From contig NC_042998.1 of the NCBI RefSeq assembly GCF_006345805.1, forward strand, positions 109,554,001-109,618,000: 64,000 nt of DNA. Reading direction: 5' to 3'. Below the pieces are notes generated by a model. That model was given only the letters and a program-made list of their open reading frames with translations, did no database searches and was not told where the DNA came from. Position 1 is the first letter of the stretch; each line of letters starts with the position of its first letter. Both the position numbers and the translations under genes were made by a program. This document shows, one piece after another, positions 29,601 to 39,990 of this stretch. Source of the stretch: Octopus sinensis. Its lineage: Eukaryota.

Positions 29601-30401
29601 TATTGTTCCACCACCATGTTATTTTGCGTCTTAAGGGGACTTTGCACCAGCCACAGATCTGGTCAGCGGCTTTCAGCAGGTTGTCCCTCAGAAACGTCCA
29701 GTTGTCTTCTACCCCATGTGTAGCTATACCCCCTTCCACTTCGTCAAAGGCTTCAAGTAACATATCTCTAAATCTCTGTCCATTCGCAGGGTCTTTAAGC
29801 TTCCAGACCCTTCTTCTCCATGTTGGTCGTCTTCTAGTCGCCCTCTTAGTCCTGATCCTAAAGTCACTAACTACCAGTCTATGTTGTGGGGTGCATTCTT
29901 CGCCTGGGAAGGTTTTGGCATTTATAAGCAGCCATCTTTCCCTTTTTCTGGCGAGGATGTAGTCGATTTGGCTAGTATGCTGGCCCGATCGGTAGGTGAC
30001 CAGGTGGCTTGTTGGTTTCCTGAAGTTAGTGTTGCAGATCATAAGACTCTTCGCATCGCAGAACTCCAGCAGCCTGGTTCCCTCCTCGTTGCGGGAACCA
30101 TAACCGTAGCCTCCATGCACGCCATGGAAGCCCCCAGCATGTCGTCCAACATGCCCATTGAAATCACCAGCCACAAAGAGAAGGTCCCTGTCGTTCGTCA
30201 ATGAGGTGGTCTGCAGTAGGGTGTCATAGAAACTGTCTTTCTGTCCATCGGGTAGCCCTGGCTGAGGGGCATAGGCCGATATAATGGTTGCTAATCTATT
30301 ATGAAGCACTATTCTAATCTTAAGTATTCTGTCACTTACTCTGATTACCTCAATTACTCTATCTATCCATTTCTCAGCGATAAGTATACCCATGCCACCA
30401 A

Positions 30402-30449
<48 letters not shown>

Positions 30450-33400
30450 AAAAATGATACAGCTTAACCAGAAATTTGTAGTGAATCTGCAATGAAATCA
30501 AGGAACAGAAAAAAAACTTATTTTGGCCTACTTAACATACTATGTCAACCCACTGGTTTTACAATATAAAGTGCTTGTTTTTAAGCATTCATATTTTAAT
30601 TAAAACTGCCCTTTATAATTTTATGCAAAATGTTTTTATTAGATTCCAAACACCAACTTCAATGAATAAAATTAGTTATGTTACTAAACCCATCAGAAGT
30701 CTAGTAATTTACAAAAATATTTTAAAGAAGCATAGTGTATTTCATTAGAAATACCTTCATGGAAAGATCGATCCTGAGTTTTTAATAAAGGCAATAATAA
30801 TAATGACTATTATATTGTTGAACTTAAAGTATGTTCATAATTTTTTCTTCACAATGCTTTCAAATATGACCTGTGTGAAGGTGATCTAAATATTGTTAAT
30901 GTGGATAATTGGGTTAAGTATGTATATAAAAATATTTCATAGACTCAGCAGACGAATTATCAAATGCATAGGTTTAAATAAAACCATTTGCTCTGAAGCT
31001 GAATTATACAGAAATATGCAAATCAAGGAATAAACAGGGAAATTTAAAATTAGAAAAAAAAAATAGTGCTCTTAAAAGAGAAAAAACATATAAGGCAATG
31101 GAGATATCACTATGGTAGATTACTCTCTCCATAAAATATATAACCGAAGTGTCATCAGAAATCATAACTAGGGAGGAGAAAGATACTATTTATCAAGGGA
31201 ATGATGGGTACCAAATTTTGATTTTATTAAGACTTGAATGAGTGATGTCTAATTTATTATATTTAATTTGAGGCAAAGTATCTAATTAAACAATTATTTT
31301 TTTAAACAGCTTTAAGTGTTAGAATAACAAAGAACTTAAAATGCAGAAAAAATTTATCATACTTGATCTAAAACACTAGAGCTTGCTTTAGAGATGACAA
31401 TACTATGTTTGTTACATCACAACTCTTCCTCCAACCATTCAATTACATTTTGAATAATTGAATTCAACTATTCTTTTCTTATTAATTACATTTTTTGTTA
31501 ACATGAGATATTTTTAAGCTATGTGTGTGTATATATATATAAAGTTAATCCAAACAACAAAACACAAAAAAACACAACAACGCGAGGACATGGAACAAAT
31601 ATAGTATTATTGGACGCTCAGGAAAGAAGGATGGTTTAACGTTTTGAGCGGAGCTCTTCATCGGAAACATAGAAGGAAAGATCCAGAGAAGGGAAGACAG
31701 AGGAAACAAAAAAAATCGCCAACGGTACACACGAGGTCACATTTTATGCAAAACATGTATATACACACACACAAAACTGGTTTCTTTCAGTTTCCATCTA
31801 CCAAATTCATTGACAAGACTGGTCAGTCCAAGGCTATAGTAGGCGACACTTTCCCATGGTGCCATGCAGTGTGACTGAACCCGGAACCATGTGGTTGGGA
31901 AGCAAGCTTCTTACCACATAGCCACATCTGGTTTCAAGAGAAAATACTTTGAACAGGATTAAAGTTGACTTAGGGTTAAATAACGACAAATTGTCAATGT
32001 AGTATGAACAACAGCAATATAGAGAAGAGGTCAACAATTTGTAATTATGTATTTTTATCTCAATACACAAGATAAAAATAAAAGCAAAAAAGGCCAGTTT
32101 AATAGTGCCTTGTGAACATCAAGGGAGACAATCCTGTAAAACATATGGGGAAGTCAATTTTAAAAATCATACTTGATCTAAAACACTAGAGCTTGCTTTA
32201 GAGATGACAATACTACTTTTGTTACATCACAACTCTTCCTCCAACCATGGTAGTACTAGTCAATATTGTTTGTCAAAAAGGAGGATTAGTCACAACTGGA
32301 AAAGTCTTATCAAAAGTCTTTTATAAAATTGATAACAATGAAAGTTGTGTTCATGACAGATTGATAAGCTGAGATGGTAAGAAACTTGTGACAAAGCATT
32401 TTGATCACATTTTTGTCACTAATTCTATTAGAAAATTCACATCACAACTTAGCATCACTGTTAATCTATGAAAATCATATATTATCACGCTTATAACCTT
32501 TCAAATAAAATCATGTTTCTGAAAAGGTGGAAGGAGTCAAAATTAGAGTGGGGCAGTCAAGATATGCCTAACTTACATGTTTTTAATAGAATGTAATCTT
32601 TATATCTAGTTCATTTTGATAATGAAAAACAAAAAGGCGAAGGACAGAATGTCTAACTAAAGATTTGTCTACCAAGTTGTAAAATGCACAAAAGAAGTTA
32701 CAATTGTTTCTAACACAAGCATAAGGACTGACATTTAGGGGAAGGGAGTTAGCCGTTATCAACCTAGTATTTGACTATAACTTATTTTATTAGCCTTGGA
32801 TGGATGAAAGGCAAAGCTGACCTCAGCTGGATTTGAAACTAGGTTGTAAAGAGTCATAAGTAAATAACACATGGCATTTTGTTAGACACAATGCTGCCAG
32901 AGAAGAAATTCCTTAAAGAATTGTGTGAGAAACTCTGAAAATAATAGGACCCATATCAAAATGTTCACAAGGAGAGTGCTTTATGCCACCTCACCATATC
33001 AATCTGTAATGTATCTCTGTAAATTTAAAAGTGTTATATTTAAAGCAGAAGTTTTCTCACCAATTTTGCAAGTGAGTATTGTTTAGACTGATGATCTGAA
33101 ATATTTCAACAGTAACCAATGTAAAAAAAAATCCTGCTATTTTAATGGTAAAGAACTTATGAAAACTAGGAGTGGACAACGTCACTCCTTAAATCAGATA
33201 ACTTCCACAACACATAGAGATCAAATAACAACTAGTGATAATTTTCATGAAAATATAGAGGCCAATACTAAAGATTGTACTGAAGTAAACATCTACCAAA
33301 AATCAAACCAGTGTTATTGTAATGTTCAGGTCATAGTAATGGACAAATGGCAGCATGAAACTAGAAACTTTTCTGTTAAGTGGTTGGGATGACAGAATGT

Positions 33401-36400
33401 TGAAACAAGAAAAATCAAGTTTACTAAGTGTCTGGTAAAGTCCAATGCAATCCTAAATTTCAACTAACCTCATACAAATATAAACATATGTACATGTATG
33501 TATACAATGTAAGTACACAAACATGTATGTGAATGTATTTTTGTTCATCCATTTTTCTTTCCTGCATGGGTTATCTGAATATATTATTCAGGTGTTGTTT
33601 TATAGCCAGATGCCCTTTCAGTCACTAATCTGCACCTGTTTTCAAGGAAGAGGTCTATTCACACATCTTCAAAGCTATAAAGCAAAGGCAATTTTGCTGA
33701 TATAATAGCAACAACACCATTAGCTCACAATTTTCAAAGTGCAAGTGTAAACTCAGACATTTTATATTCTTATACAAGAGATAGATATAACAAGCTTCTT
33801 TCAGTTTCCCTCTACCAAATTCACTCTCAAGGCTTTGGTTGGCCCAACGCTATAGTAGACTTGCCTAAAGCATCAAACAGTGGGACTCAACCATATGGTA
33901 AGGAAGCTAACTTCTTAACTACACATCTATGCCTTCACTTATATGTGAGTGTGTGTACATACATACACACTATATATCATCATCATCGTTTAATGTCTGT
34001 TTTCCATGGGTTGGACGGTTCGACTGGGGTCTGGTAAGCCAGGAGGCTGCACCAGGCTCCAGTCTGATCTGGTAGTGTTTCTATAGCTGGATGCCCTTCC
34101 TAATGCCAACCACTCCATGAGTGTAGTGGGTGCTTTTTAGCTGCCACTGACACAGGAGCCAGAGGAGGCTGGCAACAGACACAATTGGTTGGTGTGTATG
34201 TATATATATGTATATTGGTCCAGGTGACACATAAAAAGGACCCAGTACACTTCAAGTGGTTGGCATCGGGAAGGGCATCACCCATAGAAACTATGCCAGA
34301 ACAATGTAGCCTAGTGGCCCCTGGCCTTACCAGCTTGCCAAACCATCGAACTCATCCCAGCATGGAAAACAGACATTAAATGAGGATATATATATATATA
34401 TATACATACATAAACATGTATTCATATATAAATACATAACCTCAACAGTCATTCCGGTTAGCTATGCACTTGGCAGAGACTAAATAGATCTGTTTGATTC
34501 TTTGGAACCCTATCACTACTAAATATAAATATACATATAAACACACATCTATAATTTAACATTTATGTTACATGCTGGAATGTATTGGACAGTATGAAGA
34601 TCCAATGGGCCCAAGATCTGCATTGCACTTAAGTGTCAGCTTTAGCATGGTTTCCATGGCTGGATGCCCTTCCTGATGCCAACCACATTACAACATATAC
34701 TAGATATATTTTACACAACCAGCACTAGTGTTGCCTTGTAGCCTACTAGATGAGGCCCAAAGGGAGCAACTTTATGCTAAGAGATGAGCAGAGATACGTA
34801 AAGAATGAGAAAAGAAGCAGATTTCTAGCTGTAGAGGAACTACATAACTACTCACATTTTAAAAGGGTGGGAAGCAATTAAAATAGTGGTGATGACATAT
34901 CAGAGTGGACCTTCAAGGTATGTGATAGGAAGGAACGAGCGGGATAGAGAGAAGCAAGGAGTAGGGACATAGGGGATGTTTAATAGTGCAGAGCAGCAGC
35001 AGAATATTGAAGATACAGTAAACAGAAGGACAAGAGAGATAAGTTGTTGGGTTGCAAGAGTGGATGGGGAAGAGTAAGACAATTCGGTGACAAGGGGGTA
35101 AGTGATCATGGAAAGTGTGTGATGTATGTGTATATATATATCTTTCAGTAATGTATATGAGAAAAACGGTACTCTTCTAACTAAAGACATTGGTGTTAGA
35201 GATACGGCCATTTCATTCTCACTGTCAAAAATGCAGTGAACCAATGTCTAGTCAGTCGACATTATTGCTCACAAGAGTGCAACATAATATAAATTAACTG
35301 AATCCACTGATACGTAATTTTTATATTGTCATAAAGTGTTCCTCAGCAACCAGTAAATCAACATGTGCGTGTTCGATAATGGAAGTAATTGATATTGATA
35401 ATATCTATTTGGGCTTTGCACTGGTACTACTTTTACAGGTTTAGAACATCTATATACATATTTTTGTAAAAGAATTGCAATATATCTTATATTATAAAAT
35501 AAAAACCATTTTATTCAATAAAGAACACTTTTGATGGAATTATGAGCAAATATTTTCCTTTTTAATAACGTTATTAGTCAAAAGAGGAGGTGGGTGGATG
35601 TAAGAAGCCTTATAATTTATGAAGTTTTTCCTAGAAAATCAATACTGCTGTTCAGGTCAGCCCTAATGGAACAGGCATCATATGAGTAATAAGCATTCTA
35701 CTCGTGACTATACATATATCTGTTACAACATTATGCAAGTTTGTTTCTTTTTAATTGGGTATTATTTTTCAGAAAAGATCAAATGGCCTCTGTATGAAAG
35801 TAATGGAGTTACACGTTATCGATGGTGACTGTCAGAGAAAGAAAAGAAGGCGTGCACAAATCAAAATGAAAGTAATAGTTCAAAATAAATCGAAAGCAGC
35901 GTGTGAGAGAAAGAGAGAGAGTAGAGGAATCAAATGTGGTTGCTCGAGGGAAGACTGTGGGAACGGACATGCGATGCGCATGGCGGATGACAGGTAAAGA
36001 TGTGCAAAGCGATCCTGCGGGCAAAGGAAAATACGGGAGGGGAGAGCGGTAAATGCTAGCTGATGTTAGGAGGGCTAACAAAGAACACCAACAAGTGGAG
36101 AGTTGTCTAAATCACGAAAGTAAAGAAAAATAAACGCGAAGCTACGTTAAATTATTTTGTCCTTATAGGGTAGACCAGTGATTAAGTTACACTCGATATC
36201 AGAATGACTAGAGACCAAACATTTAGTGCTGTTCCAACGGCTCATCCGCAATAATTCCACGACAAAAGTTAATAGTTTTACATTAATGAAAATAGTATCA
36301 GTATCATTATAATGATAATTATTATTAAGACGTTCTTCGAACAATATGATAATAATGTTTCCAGTGAGCTACAAAAATATAGAAAACGTTTAGCCTTCTA

Positions 36401-39237
36401 GAAAATAATTCTAAGATATCTAATATTAGAATAGCCTGCATTGAGTGAAAAGAAGTTATAGTTTGGGCAAAACTATAAATTCAATATCTGAGATATATAA
36501 TTTATTCTATTTGTTACTCCTATTGCTTAGCCACAGGTCAATCACGAGTGAACAGACTAAAAGCCACTACAGGATTTGGCGGGGGAGCTTATGAGCCAGC
36601 CTTTTCCTTCGAAAACAATAGTGAGATTTTCTTTAGCAGGTCAAGAAATTACTCACCGATATGAATTATAATGTAGTAGTGAACAGAATAAATATAATTT
36701 GTTTTAAAAGAGCAGAATGTTGCCATTGAGGAAAACTAGTATTTTTCAGTAAAAATAATTTTTAAAAAGGACTAGAAGAATGGAAGGAGGAGAGACTCAG
36801 TAAGACAAATAATCCCAGCAAGGGAACTAAATAGAGGTTTTTAAATATGCTAGAAATAGAAACTAAGTCTACGTCAAGCAACGACAGTGGAGACGGTACA
36901 CACTATTTTCGAATCCAATTTAATTTTAGTTACCACAGACTCATATTCGTCATAAGACATATTCCTCAGATTGTTTGAAAACAGTTCATGCATGGCTAAT
37001 TCAACAGGCTACCTTTTGGTACCATTGTATGCTGTCGTCGCTTTATAAATGAAATTACAAGCAAGCATAAAACCAAACTTAATGTTAAAAAAAAAACTAT
37101 CAATGACAAAGTTAATACCAAAGTTGGAATCTATAATACTATAAGAAAAAATAGAGACTATATTAACCATTGCTTCTAAGGATTAAAAACTTGTTCAAAC
37201 ATAAAATTTAAGTAGACAGGAAAGATTACATTGAATGAAATTTATATATAAGAATTGAAAAGTTTACTCGAAATAATCTGGTAACGATTTAGTATCTAAA
37301 TTCCTTCCAACTTTTAATTAAAACTTGAGGAAAACTACAAAATTATTTTAGTAGTAACATAAGTTACAAATGAATATTTCATTTAAATTATGGTAATATG
37401 GGAATAAACAAGAGATTGAGAATTAACTTCTCTGTTGCTGACAGTCGAAACCATAGTTCAAGCAAAAAATTGCCTTTAATATGCGGTCGATCGATCTGCA
37501 AGCAATAACAACCTAAAACCATCAAATTACACCCTACTGTCTTGGAAAGATAGGCCATAATGTAGGATTTAATTTTAAACATACAAAAAGGTAACGATTG
37601 GAACGCCTTTCAACAGAAGTCTGTTTACTTGATAAACAACAAACTTAGTTTCTAAAACAGCGAACGAGCAAGAAAAAGTCACATTACATTTAAATATCAA
37701 AATGGCAACAGCATGAAAAAGATCACATTTTATGGTTTTATTTTTAAATATGTGATTTTTTTTTCCACTTCATCTTTTCCCTTTGATTCCTACAGACCTA
37801 AGAAATGGTCAGAACTGTGGTACCAAAATGTTTACAACTTCCTTGTATTCACTAATATTCCTTAATAACAGACATTTCTAGAGAAACCTATTAAGTTACA
37901 TTAGAACAAGAGGAATTGCTTACAATATAAAAGTATTATAAAATACGAGTCCTTTTTATTTTCTGTAAAATATGTGGCAGTTTGGCCACGCAAGATACAT
38001 GTCTACTTTGCATTTATCTTTCTAGAGTCGAACTCTTCAAGAAAATGTTAAAATAATTATTATATCTATTCATACAGATATATCTTGAAAAAAAAAATAC
38101 ATATAACATGGAAAGGAGAACTGATGATTGTTATAAAAAAAAAAATTTGAATTTAAATTTTTGCTTTCACAACTCAGCTACAAATACTTATTGTGAATTA
38201 CATTTCATGTTTACTGCGTCAATACAAACTTAACCTACGAAAGGTTTCTAAAATGGTTTGTACCTAATATTAAATGACTACTGTCAATTTTTTCTTTTTT
38301 TTTTACTTTAAGATAATCAACAATGTTAACGATATAAAATTTTTTAAAGAATTTAAAAATAATCGGATATGTCGCTCGTCATATACGTTATAATGTAAAC
38401 AAACATCTTACCGTTAACTTATACAATATAGAAATGTATATAAAACATTGCAATTATCCGAGGAGAGAATGAATACAGCAATAAATGTTTAGCAGTTTAA
38501 TGTTGATTACTCAAGAATGAAAAAAAAGAGTGAAAAAAAAGGATACATTGAAAATTACTGCGAGGAGTCATAGGACCGTATCGACGATTGTCTTGCCAAG
38601 GCCCAGGAGGAAGACCATCTCTGTTACCAGGAGGCATCTGACCATGTCCTCCAGGGCCAAGGTTCTCAACACCCGGTCCACCTGGACACCTTGGAGGCGA
38701 AGGACGATAAGGGTGGTGAGACATCGGTGGCATTTGTTGAGGAATTCGTGACGGGTGATGTGGTCTTAAAGGTGGCGGAGGTGCCCAGTAACCACCACTA
38801 ACACTTGTATTAGAATTACTACCACACATGTCAGAAGACATAGGGTTGCTGTTGTCTCTACGGCCACCCGGATTCATCATACCACAAGATAACGAAGGTG
38901 GCGGGGGTGGTCGCCGTTTTTTGAAGTACCCACTTGGGCTGTCTTCACCGCTACGGTTTGGAGACAATGGGAAAGGAGCACCATTACCACAGGAAGGATC
39001 TCTCATATTGTTACCAAATTTATCAAAAATACCTCTGGAATGATTGTTAAACAATGGAGGTTTCCTACAATAATGTTTGTTGTTGTTGTTGTTGTTGTTT
39101 TCTACTGGTTTGTTCTCGTCTGTTTCACCACGGCCTTCATTACGAACTATTCCGTCTTCATCGTCATCTGAGAGTTCCCCTTCTTCTTTCGCTGAATAAT
39201 ACTTCGGGTTTTTCACAACAATTAACATGTCTTCCAT
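364..39237 (-). CDS. ZFC3H1: ZFC3H1 orthologue (zinc finger C3H1 domain protein, PAXT exosome adaptor); 16 coding exons in window, 3'-partial
   Basis: Phase-compatible exon chain. Peptides match recalled vertebrate ZFC3H1 motifs in order: KEEGELSD, YEDLLRKYRSIQ, EELRRIALAS, DNYEEVAMEIDSD, EEEEKLLRAQLLQS, IPKHPSVVINL, RRRSM, PYKSPLLHFRAYRFSPFLRTKE, CQYDLQGTCNDQQCKSQH. Confidence 0.93.
1624..1755 (-). CDS. ZFC3H1: ZFC3H1 exon 15 (132 nt, phase 2 to 2), C3H1 zinc finger
   Basis: FSPFLRTKENLSLSSQSFSHKLNCKNILCQYDLQGTCNDQQCK; C-x7-C-x4-C-x3-H is completed in exon 16. Confidence 0.92.
2765..2874 (-). CDS. ZFC3H1: ZFC3H1 exon 14 (110 nt, phase 0 to 2)
   Basis: ttctttag|IPYPKSDN...YKPYKSPLLHFRAY(R)|GTAAGT. 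Confidence 0.9.
3259..4075. mobile_element. Rearranged copy of the same piggyBac family: forward left end plus inverted right end
   Basis: 3259-3443 matches 17518-17695; ~3449-4075 is the reverse complement of ~18120-18766, including MPGKPTKWGIKVWKICEANTGY. Confidence 0.85.
4412..4501 (-). CDS. ZFC3H1: ZFC3H1 exon 13 (90 nt, phase 0 to 0)
   Basis: atttttag|HEKMQNLIEPAQSKAVSWENFSHLTPPSDS|GTAAGT; supported by splice signals and frame only. Confidence 0.72.
4885..5230 (-). mobile_element. 5'-truncated RTE 3'-end copy
   Basis: cctgggtctacctcttccacag matches 27675-27697 of the long element, joined to the family 3' terminus and (CAT)n tail. Similar short copies at ~165-300, 14717-14910, 24357-24620, 33975-34180, 34250-34390. 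Confidence 0.75.
5349..5720 (-). CDS. ZFC3H1: ZFC3H1 exon 12 (372 nt, phase 0 to 0)
   Basis: ttgcag|LKTKIEDIPHKRQQLQQMQQQYALMLQKL...SRRRSMISLN...KTIL|GTAAAT. Confidence 0.88.
6984..7154 (-). CDS. ZFC3H1: ZFC3H1 exon 11 (171 nt, phase 0 to 0)
   Basis: acttcag|IQLVKIQLAHNESTVLQLEKNLLQIGKRLYG...SHNQ|GTAAGT. Confidence 0.85.
8746..8920 (-). CDS. ZFC3H1: ZFC3H1 exon 10 (175 nt, phase 2 to 0), coiled coil
   Basis: gtttcag|KLMLQDQRELKALVTQASK...DIKIKDK|GTAAGA. Confidence 0.85.
9048..9181 (-). CDS. ZFC3H1: ZFC3H1 exon 9 (134 nt, phase 0 to 2)
   Basis: ttttacag|TKKNSMESKD...DRGFRELEEKYVAQ(R); donor AG|GTAGAT. Confidence 0.8.
9995..10465 (+). mobile_element. 5'-truncated RTE 3'-end copy
   Basis: MTNDQDLWRYVVIKKIQQD resembles the RTE ORF C-terminus; ends gcatggaaagcggctgttaaacaatgatgatgatg. 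Confidence 0.75.
10480..11090 (-). mobile_element. Old LINE RT C-terminal remnant (Jockey/CR1-group-like)
   Basis: SVNRNLENILQWRHNNPISFNNTDT resembles the xDLxxIxxWxxxNxxxFNxxKT motif; heavily degenerate. Confidence 0.4.
11636..11776 (-). CDS. ZFC3H1: ZFC3H1 exon 8 (141 nt, phase 0 to 0)
   Basis: ttgcag|IPKHPSVVINLAEDSTDSE...GIDQFLKDARKSVE|GTGAAT. Confidence 0.9.
12274..12396 (-). CDS. ZFC3H1: ZFC3H1 exon 7 (123 nt, phase 0 to 0)
   Basis: ttttatag|VDDTSGKESPFSPRSQSPHNTDTNLPDKKQPPQQQPYCAPK|GTATGT; not in the ORF track, found from splice signals and open frame. Confidence 0.75.
13149..13607 (-). CDS. ZFC3H1: ZFC3H1 exon 6 (459 nt, phase 0 to 0), ~20-residue poly-Pro
   Basis: catatag|SSISELPP...PPLPPPPPLPDEKPPEKPPEPDYEEDEEEEKLLRAQLLQSMAIRR...KAI; donor GTAAGT. 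Confidence 0.9.
15048..15215 (-). CDS. ZFC3H1: ZFC3H1 exon 5 (168 nt, phase 0 to 0, probable GC donor)
   Basis: catctag|PPSCLSQLNE...QDNYEEVAMEIDSDD...PSLM; ATG|GCAAGT is the only nearby donor in phase with exon 6. Confidence 0.8.
15923..16164 (-). CDS. ZFC3H1: ZFC3H1 exon 4 (242 nt, phase 1 to 0)
   Basis: ctttcag|(V)LREQS...NQRREINKILEVDDPVEQIERLAKYL...NNK; donor AAG|GTGTGT. Confidence 0.85.
17518..18766 (+). mobile_element. Non-autonomous (internally deleted) piggyBac element
   Basis: TTAA at 17514-17517 and 18767-18770; TIRs CCCTTTCGATAC / CCCTTTCGTTAC; transposase remnant KQYMLRKPTKWGIKVWKICEANTGY at ~18108-18183. Confidence 0.9.
18790..20250 (-). mobile_element. Degenerate hAT (Charlie/Buster, GTF2IRD2-like) transposase fossil
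   Basis: Frameshifted remnants FSLVLGEST, LISAASDRAPAIM (cf. TDGAPAM), EQLAAKY, DEWMHDLMFL (cf. WLCDLAFL). Confidence 0.65.
23476..23668 (-). CDS. ZFC3H1: ZFC3H1 exon 3 (193 nt, phase 0 to 1)
   Basis: ttttcag|KAEDEDDEIEELRRIALAS...KREST; donor AG|GTTTGT. Confidence 0.85.
25389..25747 (-). CDS. ZFC3H1: ZFC3H1 exon 2 (359 nt, phase 1 to 0)
   Basis: Acceptor CCCTTAAC-AATTAATTT-CAG; (L)WEKKRRMRES...DYEDLLRKYRSIQKQIANLDEEE...NSH; donor GTAAGT. Confidence 0.88.
25748..25767 (-). promoter_or_regulatory. U12-type branch point and 3' splice site of intron 1
   Basis: CCCTTAAC, 9 nt, then CAG; no polypyrimidine tract. Confidence 0.85.
26217..27575. repeat. Higher-order tandem array in the RTE 3' UTR (~60-bp subunits within a ~400-bp unit x3)
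   Basis: ttttatgtgccaccgacacaggtg... subunits; three copies of the gtaccacaaagatacaaattcc...gactagtc block, each including the RQD-stop codons. Confidence 0.9.
27559..30402 (-). CDS. RTE ORF: partial APE endonuclease, reverse transcriptase, PHD-like finger
   Basis: SAYAPQ, GDFNGHVG, SQIDYIL, QHRLVV (APE); QFGF, FVDLEKAFDRV, GVHQGSVLSP, YADD at 28501-28512, FRYLG (RT). The first ~33 aa of the track ORF come from flanking (TA)n sequence. Confidence 0.95.
31356..32248. repeat. 83-bp direct repeat pair (31356-31438 and 32166-32248)
   Basis: atcatacttgatctaaaacactagagc...ccaaccat twice, 2 mismatches, offset 810 bp. Confidence 0.9.
31634..31668 (-). ncRNA. Degenerate minimal hammerhead motif (core mutated)
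   Basis: GTTT CCGATGA A GAGC-TCC-GCTC AAAA CGT T AAAC: perfect stems I and II, U4C and G12A core changes. Confidence 0.45.
38538..38546 (-). promoter_or_regulatory. U12-type 5' splice site of intron 1
   Basis: GTATCCTTT matches the minor-intron donor consensus RTATCCTTT. Confidence 0.85.
38547..39237 (-). CDS. ZFC3H1: ZFC3H1 coding exon 1 (691 nt, ends phase 1)
   Basis: AAACATGG start; MEDMLIVVKNPKYYSAKEEGELSDDDEDG, then Pro/Gly-rich low complexity; donor T|GTATCCTTT. Confidence 0.88.
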
Positions 39238-39287
39238 GTTTATTTTGTGTATTTACACGAACTTTCTTCTTCTGTCTCGCCTCAACA

Positions 39288-39297
39288 CAATATGGCG
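39288..39297 (+). promoter_or_regulatory. YY1/Pho-like motif CAATATGGCG just upstream of the ZFC3H1 start codon
   Basis: Resembles AANATGGCG, in a CpG-retaining region ~50 nt from the ATG; a short motif that could be chance. Confidence 0.3.
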
Positions 39298-39990
39298 TTA
39301 CTTCTCTTTATCCGCTTTCGTTATTAAAGATTGACTAAGCTAAAGTCAACTAATAATTATCTCCCCTTCGTTCCATTAATTACCACTTGGGCCTCCCAAT
39401 CCCTTTTTCAAATCACTGTGGTAACTTATTAAAATTACAATATAATTCTCATTTACAGATTAATTTATATATATGCCATAATATATTTTGTGACGATTGA
39501 TTGACAGGATCTTTAGAGTGTTATTTAGTTTCAGCTTTCTAAGTTCACATTCTGTCGGAGTCAATTTTGCCTTTCATCCTTCCGGGTTTGATAAAATAAG
39601 AACTAATCAAGTACTAGTTCGTTATCTCCTCACCCATCAAAATATGTAGCCTTATGCCAAAATTTGAAATCGATATAATACACTATAATTCTCAGGTATA
39701 GATGCATATTGATATTATTTTTCTTATGATGTTGAAATACGGTAATTTGTGTGTAAATTACATTTTTCAACCTGTGGCATTTCGATGTTTTGCTGAGCTG
39801 AATGCTGACAAGGAACTTCATAACTTTGTTAGCGTCTTGATTCATCAATGTCTGAAATAATATTCGTGATGGTGCCAGCTCCCCAACATCGCGATCACCC
39901 TCGGTAATGCTGAGAGTGTTTCGGTATGCTTTCAAAAATTTTAGATGCGAATACGAGTATCCCTTGGTGCAATGCATATTAATTTTATGG

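Larger units (their letters stand above)
26036..30402 (-). mobile_element. Young 5'-truncated RTE-clade LINE inside intron 1
   Basis: Open EN-RT frame followed by a ~1.5-kb 3' UTR ending in the family terminus GCATGGAAAGCGGAC plus an A-rich tail; possible 6-bp TSD gtgtgt (26030-26035 and 30403-30408). Confidence 0.93.
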
